Notes: a model not told the origin generated them from the sequence alone. A stretch of DNA of 32,000 nt from Chlamydiales bacterium (GCA_041395025.1 JAWLBH010000001.1:150001-182000), one strand, 5' to 3'. Shown: positions 8,749-16,796, counted from the stretch's first letter. Numbers and translations are program-made.

Positions 8749-9354
8749 ATGAAAGATTCCTATTTATTTATTAAAAGATTTTTTTCTCATCCATCAACTA
8801 TCGGATCTGTTGTACCAAGTTCGAAAAGTTTAGCCTGGCATATGACTAAACAAGCACTTCAAAAAAAAAATAGGCCTTTGCGTTATCTTGAAGTTGGTGC
8901 TGGATCAGGTGCTCTAACTAAACACCTCATCCCAAAGCTAAGAAAAAATGATACGCTGGATCTTGTAGAAATTGATCCTTATTTCTGCTTACAATTAAAA
9001 AAAAAATACTCACACTTCCCCTATATAAAAATTCATCAAATCTCAATTCTTGAATTTGAAAAAAATAACTATGATGTTGTCATTTCTAGTCTTCCTATCA
9101 ATGCGTTTAAATCGAGTTGCGTTGATAAAATCCTCATCAAGTACAAAACATTAGTAAAACAAGGGGGAGTTATTTCTTATTTTGAATACATGGGTTTAGG
9201 AAAAATTAAAAAACTATATCTATTGGGAAAACTTCAAGTTGATTTCAACACAATTCTTCTATTAAAGAAAAATTTTGTTGAGAGTTATTGTACTGAAGTC
9301 AATAAAATTTGGTGGAACTTTCCTCCTGCTCGTGTTTTTCACTGTCAAATGTAG
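8749..9354 (+). CDS. Class I SAM-dependent methyltransferase (COG3963 phospholipid N-methyltransferase-like)
   Basis: The track starts at TTG 8746; an ATG follows at 8749. N-terminal FIKRFFSHPSTIGSVVPSSKSLA plus the SAM motif LEVGAGSGALT are typical of the small COG3963 family. Confidence 0.65.
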   Translation: MKDSYLFIKRFFSHPSTIGSVVPSSKSLAWHMTKQALQKKNRPLRYLEVGAGSGALTKHLIPKLRKNDTLDLVEIDPYFCLQLKKKYSHFPYIKIHQISILEFEKNNYDVVISSLPINAFKSSCVDKILIKYKTLVKQGGVISYFEYMGLGKIKKLYLLGKLQVDFNTILLLKKNFVESYCTEVNKIWWNFPPARVFHCQM

Positions 9355-9506
9355 TCAAATCATTGTTAAGTAATTATAAAATCCCTTACCTAAAAAAATA
9401 TCCATACACACTTTTGGATTATTAAAAAACCAATAACGGTGGATATTGTAATAACCTAGGACTTCAAAACTAAAAATAGCTTGATGATATTTTCTTTATC
9501 TTTGGT

Positions 9507-10337
9507 CTAAATACCGTGGTCATTAACTACATTGAATTTATCCCTATCCGTAATCCGTAAAGCTTGTTGATCAGCTTCAAACATACGAGAAAGACGCTCC
9601 GATTCTTTTTTATTGATAAAATCTTTTAATTGACTATCAGCTAAAGTACAATCAAAGGTTTTAGAGAAAGAATCAAGATAACCATATCTTAAACCTAAAA
9701 ATTGAATTCCTTCTTTTTGACACGCAAGAGAGACTGATTGAAGATTTTTTTCTTTATCGTCAATAAAAAGAATCTTTTTTGGCCGGTAATTCAGCTGATT
9801 TAAAAAACGTATTAACGTCTCTCCTTTATCGTTCTTTAACCCCACGAAAATAATCCCTTCTAAATATTTAGCACCTCCCTCAATTTCACAATCAAAATTT
9901 TTTAAAGTATTTAAGGTGAAATCTATTCCAATTGAATGGATTTGATCAATCGTAGGATATGCCATTTCAACATAACGAGCTGTTAAACCTAAAACAGTAT
10001 TTCCTTGTTTTTGTAATTTGCGAATTACACCAGCTGTTGAAGGCTCTACAGCTTTAAATTTAGCCTCCATCAGAATATGATGCCAAAGAGGAATAAAACT
10101 ATCCATGATCTCAACTTTTGTCATCCCTGTGGATGCCATTCTTTTTTTTATTTCATAAGCTGCCCAGGTATCGGATCCAAGAGATTCTGTCGTTGTCATA
10201 AGCACATCATTAAGATCAGTAATAATTAATGTCTCTGGATTTGCAAATGCTAACAGATCACGAATATCATGACTCTCCAGAATTTCTGCTGACAAATAAC
10301 TAGAAAAGAAAAACAGGACAAAAATATATTTTTTCAT
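9507..10337 (-). CDS. Secreted HAD-fold protein (recalls the DUF2608 family of intracellular bacteria)
   Basis: Signal peptide MKKYIFVLFFFSSYLSA. HAD-like motifs ITDLNDVLMT (motif I with Asn in place of the second Asp), LGLTAR (motif II), and ILFIDDKEKN (motif IV). I prefer the ATG at 10337 over the GTG at 10340 (GAGGT just upstream). Confidence 0.6.
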   Translation of the reverse strand: MKKYIFVLFFFSSYLSAEILESHDIRDLLAFANPETLIITDLNDVLMTTTESLGSDTWAAYEIKKRMASTGMTKVEIMDSFIPLWHHILMEAKFKAVEPSTAGVIRKLQKQGNTVLGLTARYVEMAYPTIDQIHSIGIDFTLNTLKNFDCEIEGGAKYLEGIIFVGLKNDKGETLIRFLNQLNYRPKKILFIDDKEKNLQSVSLACQKEGIQFLGLRYGYLDSFSKTFDCTLADSQLKDFINKKESERLSRMFEADQQALRITDRDKFNVVNDHGI

Positions 10338-10660
10338 CACACCTCAAATTTTAAAGAGATTTTGTATGTCAAAATGACTTTTTTTTCTATACTTTTTTCT
10401 ATTTTTAAATTTAATTAATCTAAAAACCACTTAGATTGATATATAAATAAAATAACTTAATTTTTTTTATAAAAATTCAATGTATATTTTCATCTATTCT
10501 TAAAATTGACAAATAAATCAATACTATTGACAATCAACTTATATATAACTCTACTACGTTCTACTATGAATTTTTTTTTAAATTTAACCTTTCTTCTGAT
10601 TTTTCTTCCTGCAACTTTATTTAACCAAAGGGTTTATGCGAATGAAGAATCTAAAGAAGT

Positions 10661-10716
10661 ATTGATGACAAGTCAACTTCAGGTATTAATTGATGACAAG
10701 TCTACTTCAGGTATTA
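10661..10716 (+). repeat. 28-bp tandem direct duplication (2 copies, 1 mismatch)
   Basis: Copy 1 is 10661-10688 (attgatgacaagtcaacttcaggtatta). Copy 2 is 10689-10716 (attgatgacaagtctacttcaggtatta). The mismatch is 10675 a versus 10703 t. The unit length is not a multiple of 3. Confidence 0.95.
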
Positions 10717-11343
10717 CCAGACAATCCTAAAATTCGATCTCTTACGAATCATCTTCTAAGTGAGTGGCAAAATTACAAAACTTACGAAAATCCAAGCTTC
10801 AATACTCACCAATTAATTTGTGCGATCATTTACAGTGCACATCAACATGCGAATCAAGTACGAAAAGATAAAGAATCTACTCCCTATATTATTCATCCTT
10901 TAGAAGTTTGCAATAATCTTTGGGAAGTAGGCCAGGTGCGTAACGCAAATATTTTAATGTCAGCTATTCTTCATGATACTCTTGAAGATACTTTGGCGAC
11001 AGAAGATGAGATTCAAAAATATTTTGGACAACGTGTTCTGATCACGGTCAAAGAAGTAACTAATGCACCTAATCTCAGTAGTGATGAAAACAAACAATGC
11101 CAAATAGATCATGTACCTTGTATGTCACAAGATGCTCGTCTCGTTAAATTAGCAGATCGATTAGCCAATATTACCGATTTAAATACTAATCCTCCTTCTT
11201 CATGGACATCTCAAAAAATTGAGAATTATTTTACATGGGGAGAAAAATTATTGGCAGCATTACGAGGAACAAATCATCAACTTGAAACGATGTTAAAAAA
11301 AATGATAGAAGATCACAGTACCTCTAAAGAGGTAAGACAATGA
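10693..11343 (+). CDS. HD-domain hydrolase, SpoT/Mesh1-like small alarmone hydrolase family (signal-less form as currently encoded)
   Basis: YIIHPLEV...AILHDTLEDT (the HD motif of (p)ppGpp hydrolase domains) and VKLADRLANI. ATG at 10693 inside repeat copy 2. No strong Shine-Dalgarno sequence upstream. Confidence 0.65.
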   Translation: MTSLLQVLPDNPKIRSLTNHLLSEWQNYKTYENPSFNTHQLICAIIYSAHQHANQVRKDKESTPYIIHPLEVCNNLWEVGQVRNANILMSAILHDTLEDTLATEDEIQKYFGQRVLITVKEVTNAPNLSSDENKQCQIDHVPCMSQDARLVKLADRLANITDLNTNPPSSWTSQKIENYFTWGEKLLAALRGTNHQLETMLKKMIEDHSTSKEVRQ

Positions 11344-11444
11344 CCCCCGTTTTCTTCTAGTATAAACATTTCCAAATGCATACGAGAATCATCCTCTATC
11401 ACTTCAATAAAACTTCCCTTAAAAGCTTATCCCTTTATAAAGAG

Positions 11445-11527
11445 TGGGGGCAGCTGGATTCGAACCAGCGGATCCCGAAGGAGTCGGATTTACAGTCCGA
11501 TGCAATTGGCCACTATGCGATGCCCCC
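11445..11527 (-). tRNA. tRNA-Tyr (GUA), type II with long variable arm
   Basis: Folded by hand: acceptor GGGGGCA/TGCCCCC, anticodon stem-loop TCGGA-CTGTAAA-TCCGA, long variable arm, T arm GCTGG-TTCGAAT-CCAGC, discriminator A. CCA is not encoded. Confidence 0.9.
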
Positions 11528-11535
11528 AAAAAATA

Positions 11536-11608
11536 TGCTGGAGAAAGGACTTGAACCCTCAACCGTCCGATTACAAGTCGGATGCTCTACCAATTGAGCT
11601 ACCCCAGC
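11536..11608 (-). tRNA. tRNA-Thr (UGU)
   Basis: Acceptor GCTGGGG/CTCCAGC, D arm GCTC-AATTGGTA-GAGC, anticodon stem-loop TCCGA-CTTGTAA-TCGGA, T loop TTCAAGT. 73 nt. Confidence 0.9.
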
Positions 11609-11650
11609 AAAAAACGTGAATTTTGTACCAGAAAAAAGGATTTTTTTTGA

Positions 11651-12037
11651 CTATTTATTTTCTTGAAGATCCTCGGATGTTGGATTAAATGGTTCGTCAG
11701 GTTTGGGTAGATGACGTGTACGCGCGACTGGATTTTTCTCACTTCCTTTAAATTTCAATGACTCTCCAATTTTTTTACTTTGATAATCATTCTCTGTGCT
11801 CCGAAATTTTTTCATTCTTTCCAGAACATTGTTTTTAATAGGAGTCTCCTGAATTGGCGTCAATCGATCAAAAAGGCCTAAATTTCCTTGGTTAATTTTA
11901 ATCACCTTGGCTTTAAACTTTCTCTTACCAGAAGGTGTATATTTAGCCACTACTTGCTCTTTATTCATACAGCAGTTTTTATATTTCTTACCTGAACCAC
12001 ATGCACAAGGATCATTTCTTCCTATTTTTTTTGTCAT
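11651..12037 (-). CDS. Small basic protein with N-terminal SEC-C metal-binding motif
   Basis: 128-aa ORF. RNDPCACGSGKKYKNCC is the SecA C-terminal / YecA / YchJ-type zinc motif. The remainder is Lys-rich and low in complexity. Confidence 0.7.
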   Translation of the reverse strand: MTKKIGRNDPCACGSGKKYKNCCMNKEQVVAKYTPSGKRKFKAKVIKINQGNLGLFDRLTPIQETPIKNNVLERMKKFRSTENDYQSKKIGESLKFKGSEKNPVARTRHLPKPDEPFNPTSEDLQENK

Positions 12038-12055
12038 TCCCTAACCATGATAAAA

Positions 12056-12089
12056 ACAACATCAGTCTATCTGATTATCTTGATGTTGT
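12056..12089. repeat. 9-bp perfect inverted repeat (16-nt spacer) in the SEC-C gene leader / divergent promoter region
   Basis: acaacatca (12056-12064) ... tgatgttgt (12081-12089), starting 19 nt upstream of the SEC-C ORF start codon (12037). Confidence 0.4.
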
Positions 12090-12259
12090 CTAGATTATGC
12101 AATCAGTGAATACAAAAAACTTATTTTAAGATTTTTTACTTTAATTTTCTAAAATAAATTTATGAAAACATAAAAAAGAAAATAGGATGGTGAAAATAGC
12201 ATCTATGGATCTATTAATTGATATCACATCTAATTCTATGTACTGATATACTTCTTTTT

Positions 12260-13009
12260 ATGCTAGATATCTCTCTACCTATTCCCACTCCCCCATGGAA
12301 AAAGCTCGGCAGACACTTAGAAAGTGTCATCCGTAAAGGAATTTATGAATACCAAATGCTAGAAGGAATCGACACACTGGCAATTGCACTAAGTGGTGGA
12401 AAAGATAGCTTAACCCTTTTATTCATGCTAAAAGCAATTTCTGGACATGGATTTCCTAAACTTAATCTCTATGCTATTCATATTAGAGGAAGTTTTTCTT
12501 GTGGAGCCAGTTTACAAGACAATCTTTTAGAAAAAATTTGTAAAAAACTTGAAATTCCCCTAATTATCTGCCAATCAAGCCAAAAAGAAAATATGCAAAA
12601 TTGCTACTCTTGCTCAAGAGAAAGAAGAAAACTCATCTTTGAAGCAGCAAAAAAAGTTGGTGCTACTACAGTAGCGTTTGGCCATCACCGCGATGACAAC
12701 GCCCAAACCCTCTTAATGAATCTTTTTCATAAGGGAGAATTCGCAGGTAATCTTCCAAAACTCTATATGGTAGACTATAAAATTTGCATTATTCGTCCTT
12801 TAATTTTAGTTGCTGAAAAAAATATCACACAATTTGCTAAGGAATATGGGTTTTATCGCCTTACCTGTCGTTGCCCCATTGGACAAAATTCGATGCGCAA
12901 AAAAATGGATCGTCTTCTTAGTGAAATGGAAGAGCTATTTCCAAATATACGTGGTAATATAGGACAAGCTAGCCTCTTATATGGATCAGACAAAGCAAAG
13001 AAAAAATAA
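12260..13009 (+). CDS. ttcA: tRNA 2-thiocytidine biosynthesis protein TtcA-like PP-loop ATPase
   Basis: PP-loop ALSGGKDSL, CxxC (CYSCSRERRK) and a C-terminal CRCP cysteine pair. The track starts at TTG 12218; I prefer the in-frame ATG at 12260. Confidence 0.75.
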   Translation: MLDISLPIPTPPWKKLGRHLESVIRKGIYEYQMLEGIDTLAIALSGGKDSLTLLFMLKAISGHGFPKLNLYAIHIRGSFSCGASLQDNLLEKICKKLEIPLIICQSSQKENMQNCYSCSRERRKLIFEAAKKVGATTVAFGHHRDDNAQTLLMNLFHKGEFAGNLPKLYMVDYKICIIRPLILVAEKNITQFAKEYGFYRLTCRCPIGQNSMRKKMDRLLSEMEELFPNIRGNIGQASLLYGSDKAKKK

Positions 13010-13310
13010 TTCACTGGGTAAGAAAAAGAGAAGTTCACAATCGATTACTTACAGCCTGGCTCATAATTAATAAAGAGTATAGTCTACTTAATGTCCATTT
13101 GATATGAAAACAAGAATAGCGTTCATCTGGATAAACCTTTGATAAGACAGTTTTTTTATCTATCTTATTATTGTTTATATAGCAAAAAAACTTCCAAAAA
13201 GTACAATAAAAACCCTTGCATCTTATTTAGGAAAAAATGCTTATCTTCCTATTACCCAGCTCTTACGTATCCTTATCAATCCATCTAGATATTTCATCTT
13301 TTAGGTGGTC

Positions 13311-14123
13311 ATGATAGAAGAAAGTATGATGCATCGTCCATCTATTATTTTAACAAATGACGATGGAATTGAAGCTTCAGGAATCAAAGCCTTATGGGAT
13401 GCTCTGCATGAAGCCAATTTTGCGGATTTATTCATAGTGGCTCCTCTAGTTGAACGCTCTGGTACTGGTGTCAGTATTACTTGGGATCGTCCTATGTTGA
13501 TTCAAGAAAGACAATGGCCGGCTAACACTCCTGCTTGGTCTGTTGACGGCACCCCTGCTGATTGTATTAAAATGGGAATGCGTATCCTTCTTAAAAAGAA
13601 ACCTGATTTTATTATTTCTGGAATCAATGCAGGTTCTAATGCTGGCCGCAATGTTTTGCATTCTGGAACAATCGGTGGAGTGATTGAAGGTGTTCTACGT
13701 GGTATACCAGGAATAGCTTTTTCATGTGAAGATGGTGGAAACCCTAATTTTCATGTGGCTAAAAAATATATTATCCCCATCGTACGTTATTTAATGGAGT
13801 ACCCTCTTCCTCCGGGAAATTTTTTAAATGTCAATTTTCCTCAAACTGCAAAAGATAAAGTGAAAGGATTTCACCTCACCTCTCAAGGAAGAGGACGATG
13901 GAGTGAAAACCCCTATTTCCACATTCAAACTGATGATGGACCCAGCTACTGGTTAGGTGGAAAGTCAGAAGAATTAGCTGAAGAAAAAGATTGTGATATT
14001 GCTCTACTTAAACAAGGATATCTAACAGCTGTGCCTATTCAAATTCAAGAATTGACTAACCATCATGAGCTCAATTCCAGAAAAAAAACATTTGAAGACT
14101 ATTTATCAAATCTCATCGAATAG
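13311..14123 (+). CDS. surE: 5'/3'-nucleotidase SurE
   Basis: IILTNDDGIEASGIKAL and GINAGSNAG are SurE signatures. The start is ambiguous (GTG 13305, ATG 13311, or later ATGs). Confidence 0.9.
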   Translation: MIEESMMHRPSIILTNDDGIEASGIKALWDALHEANFADLFIVAPLVERSGTGVSITWDRPMLIQERQWPANTPAWSVDGTPADCIKMGMRILLKKKPDFIISGINAGSNAGRNVLHSGTIGGVIEGVLRGIPGIAFSCEDGGNPNFHVAKKYIIPIVRYLMEYPLPPGNFLNVNFPQTAKDKVKGFHLTSQGRGRWSENPYFHIQTDDGPSYWLGGKSEELAEEKDCDIALLKQGYLTAVPIQIQELTNHHELNSRKKTFEDYLSNLIE

Positions 14124-14251
14124 CACCACTATACTTATTTCTTTATCTTCATCTTCGCTAAGGAAAATTTAAGTTTCTAGGGTAATTTTTTTCCTTTTTT
14201 ATAAAAAACTTGTTCTTATTTTCTATCTTGATTACCCTATGTTACTTTTTT

Positions 14252-14326
14252 GGGCGTATAGCTCAGCGGTAGAGCTCCTGTTTTACACACAGGCGGTCAT
14301 AGGTTCAAATCCTGTTGCGCCCACCA
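14252..14326 (+). tRNA. tRNA-Val (UAC), CCA encoded
   Basis: Acceptor GGGCGTA/TGCGCCC, D arm GCTC-AGCGGTA-GAGC, anticodon stem-loop CCTGT-TTTACAC-ACAGG, T loop TTCAAAT, then ACCA. Confidence 0.9.
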
Positions 14327-14338
14327 TGTTTTTCTTTT

Positions 14339-14412
14339 GCGGGAGTAGTTCAACTGGTTAGAGCACCGCCCTGTCACGGCGGAAGTTGCGGGTTCGAGTC
14401 CCGTCTCCCGCG
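14339..14412 (+). tRNA. tRNA-Asp (GUC)
   Basis: Acceptor GCGGGAG/CTCCCGC, anticodon stem-loop CCGCC-CTGTCAC-GGCGG, T arm GCGGG-TTCGAGT-CCCGT, discriminator G. CCA is not encoded. Confidence 0.9.
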
Positions 14413-14432
14413 AATCTTAAAGGAATTGATCG

Positions 14433-15356
14433 ATGTCTAAGCCAATTTCTACTACTTTTTACTTCGGAAAATTCTATTTTAAAACCTTACTCTGGTTAAT
14501 TATAGGTGCTACTCTTGCAGCAGGAGGAGTAGAACTAATTCTGATTCCCAATCACTTAATTGACGGGGGAATTGTTGGCATAGCTATGATGTCCTCTTAC
14601 ATTTTTGGCGATCAATATCTCCCTTATTTTATGATTTTGTTTAATCTTCCTTTTGTCATTTTAGCTTATAAACAGATTGGACGCCATTTTGTCATCCAAA
14701 TGATGACAGCTATCCTTCTTTTTTCAATTGCACTTTCGATGTATTACTGGATCCCAAGATGGCTAAATATACAACCAATTCATTTTCAAGGAGACACTAT
14801 TGAAGTAATTGTTTTAGGAGGCTTTATTATTGGATGTGGGATTGGATTAATTATTCGTCATGGAGGATCGACTGATGGAACTGAGATTATGGGAATTATT
14901 ATTAACCGTAAAAAGGGATTTACAGTAGGTCAAGTCATTCTCTTTGCAAATATTTTTATATTTGCTCTTGCGGGTTTTATTTATCGAAATTGGCATTCAG
15001 CTTTTCTTTCACTGATGACCTATGCTGTAGCAACCAAGGTAATGGATATGGTGATTGTTGGTTTTGAGGATACAAAATCAGTCATGATTATTTCGGTGAA
15101 ACCTCAAATCTTAGCAAATGTACTGATGGAAGAGCTTGGTGTAGGCTTGACCGTCATGTATGGGAAAGGAGGATATACAGGAGATTCGCGTGAAATCCTT
15201 TACATCGTTGTAGAACGCCTTCAACTTGCTGAACTTAAGGAAATTGTTCATAGAAAAGATCCACAAGCTTTTATCGCAATTGAAAATTTACATGAAGTGA
15301 TCAATGGACGCCATAACTCTCTTGGTACCCATCAGAAACCCTCGAGTATTAATTAA
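14433..15356 (+). CDS. YitT-family integral membrane protein (DUF161 repeats plus C-terminal DUF2179)
   Basis: 307-aa polytopic ORF. AAGGVELILIPNHLIDGGIVGIAMM and a soluble C-terminal domain (ILYIVVERLQLAELKEIV...DPQAFIAI) are typical of YitT proteins. It starts 20 nt after tRNA-Asp. Confidence 0.75.
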   Translation: MSKPISTTFYFGKFYFKTLLWLIIGATLAAGGVELILIPNHLIDGGIVGIAMMSSYIFGDQYLPYFMILFNLPFVILAYKQIGRHFVIQMMTAILLFSIALSMYYWIPRWLNIQPIHFQGDTIEVIVLGGFIIGCGIGLIIRHGGSTDGTEIMGIIINRKKGFTVGQVILFANIFIFALAGFIYRNWHSAFLSLMTYAVATKVMDMVIVGFEDTKSVMIISVKPQILANVLMEELGVGLTVMYGKGGYTGDSREILYIVVERLQLAELKEIVHRKDPQAFIAIENLHEVINGRHNSLGTHQKPSSIN

Positions 15357-15357
15357 A

Positions 15358-15963
15358 TTACATAGTATTACTATTAACATCTTTACTTTTCCATTTTAAA
15401 TAAAGATTGTGTTCTATTCTTAAAATATCTAAAACTCTTCCAACAATGAATTTTTCGATATCCTCAATTGTTTTTGCTTGAATGTACCAAGCAGGCACAG
15501 GAGGAATAATTGTGGCTCCCCGACGACTAAGTATCAGCATATTCTTTAGGTGAATTTCACTTAAAGGAGATTCACGCGGAACAAGGATAAGCGAGCGTTT
15601 TTCTTTAAGAGTGACGTCGGCAGCACGTCGTAGTAAATTATCGCCAAGACCACAAGTAATTGCTGCTATAGTTGTCATGCTACAGGGAATAATGATCATT
15701 CCATCTGTTAAAAATGAACCACTCGCAACTGCAGCACCAATATCTTGATTAGAATAAAGCGTGATCAGCTCCTTCCTTTTGACATAAGAAAGGAATTGTT
15801 CAGCATGAGCATAATCTTTCCCTATTTCCAAAGCAGCCACATAAAGAGCATGTTTAGTAAATATCAGCTCTACCTTATGTCCTTCGTTCGTTAAGGTACG
15901 CAAGAGATGCATAGCTAATACAACTCCAGAAGCTCCACTGACTCCAACTACATAACGGCCCAT
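15358..15963 (-). CDS. ubiX: Flavin prenyltransferase UbiX
   Basis: 201-aa ORF. VGVSGASGVVLAMHLL, IIPCSMTTIAAI and LILVPRESPL are UbiX/Pad1 signatures. Confidence 0.9.
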   Translation of the reverse strand: MGRYVVGVSGASGVVLAMHLLRTLTNEGHKVELIFTKHALYVAALEIGKDYAHAEQFLSYVKRKELITLYSNQDIGAAVASGSFLTDGMIIIPCSMTTIAAITCGLGDNLLRRAADVTLKEKRSLILVPRESPLSEIHLKNMLILSRRGATIIPPVPAWYIQAKTIEDIEKFIVGRVLDILRIEHNLYLKWKSKDVNSNTM

Positions 15964-16796
15964 AATACACTGACTAGTACGAATATAAAAACAGTCGATC
16001 CCACTGAAACAGTAAGAAAAAAGAAAATTTTTTCGGAATTTTTTTTTTCAATTTTTTTGTGGAATATATAAAAAACACATCCTGTTATACCAATTACCCA
16101 ATAATAAAATAGAGGAAAATGAGCAGTGATCCCTAATCCAACTAGCATAATAAGAGAAAAACCATGCAATAGACGGGCAATGCTCTGACTCTTTTTTAAA
16201 CCTAACCTAGACGGAATGCTGAATAAATGATGGTCGCAATCAAATTGATAATCCTGAATTGCATAAATAATATCACTCCCAACTATCAAACCAAAAGCGA
16301 CTCCACCTAAGAAAAATGAAGAGATCAATACATCTCCTGAAATTGCAACTGAAGACATCACAGGCACTAAAAAATGAATCACTCCTAAAACCACATGACA
16401 AAAAGAAGTGAAACGTTTTAAATAAGAATAAATAAATAGAAGAAAAGCAATCACAAATGCCATTAAGAAACAGTACTCATTGATTTGCAGACAAATCATA
16501 AAAAAAAGAATTAGAGATCCCCAAGCAATTTTCCAGGCTACCTTTTCTTTCATTCCTTTGCTTGGAAGAATGCGTTCTTTTGTGCGTGGATTTTTTGCAT
16601 CAATATGACGATCAATTAATTGATTAAAGGCCATGCCAGAAATTCTTGCACACATAAATGCAGGAAGAATCCATAACCAATACAAACTAAACTTCGCATT
16701 GAGTTCTTGCATGGGTAAGAGTACTCCTGCTAGAAGGAAAGGCAAACCAAAAAATGTTTGTTCAATTCGAGTTAAACTTTTCCATGCAGTAAACAT
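15948..16796 (-). CDS. UbiA-family aromatic polyprenyltransferase (4-hydroxybenzoate polyprenyltransferase-like / possible MqnP)
   Basis: 282-aa polytopic ORF. First Asp-rich motif NQLIDRHIDAKNPRT and second motif YAIQDYQFD. Its end overlaps the ubiX start by 16 nt. Confidence 0.8.
   Translation of the reverse strand: MFTAWKSLTRIEQTFFGLPFLLAGVLLPMQELNAKFSLYWLWILPAFMCARISGMAFNQLIDRHIDAKNPRTKERILPSKGMKEKVAWKIAWGSLILFFMICLQINEYCFLMAFVIAFLLFIYSYLKRFTSFCHVVLGVIHFLVPVMSSVAISGDVLISSFFLGGVAFGLIVGSDIIYAIQDYQFDCDHHLFSIPSRLGLKKSQSIARLLHGFSLIMLVGLGITAHFPLFYYWVIGITGCVFYIFHKKIEKKNSEKIFFFLTVSVGSTVFIFVLVSVLWAVM

Larger units (their letters stand above)
10566..11343 (+). pseudogene. Inferred ancestral signal-peptide-bearing HD-domain hydrolase gene, frameshifted by a 28-bp tandem duplication
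   Basis: Frame A (ATG 10566) encodes MNFFLNLTFLLIFLPATLFNQRVYANEESKEVLMTSQLQVL and then stops at 10728-10730. Frame B continues ..MTSLLQVLPDNPKIRSL.. to 11343. Deleting either 28-bp copy joins the two frames exactly (..QLQVL|PDNPK..). Confidence 0.6.

Noticed and set aside
7200-9354. Helicase plus methyltransferase pair as a possible restriction-modification or defence module
   Set aside because: The helicase has the full housekeeping DEAD-box RNA helicase motif set and no nuclease domain. The methyltransferase is a small COG3963-type enzyme without DNA-MTase motifs (no DPPY/NPPY or PCQ). The genes are separated by 150 bp.
10506-10565. TTG-initiated 5' extension of the upstream HD-gene fragment (MTNKSILLTINLYITLLRST...)
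   Set aside because: It uses a non-ATG start with no RBS, and the in-frame ATG at 10566 gives a more conventional signal-peptide length. It is not fully excluded, because the extension would add the basic residues missing from the n-region.
11376-11597. 73-aa plus-strand ORF from the supplied track
   Set aside because: It lies antisense across the tRNA-Tyr and tRNA-Thr genes. Its high-GC open frame is explained by the tRNA sequences themselves.
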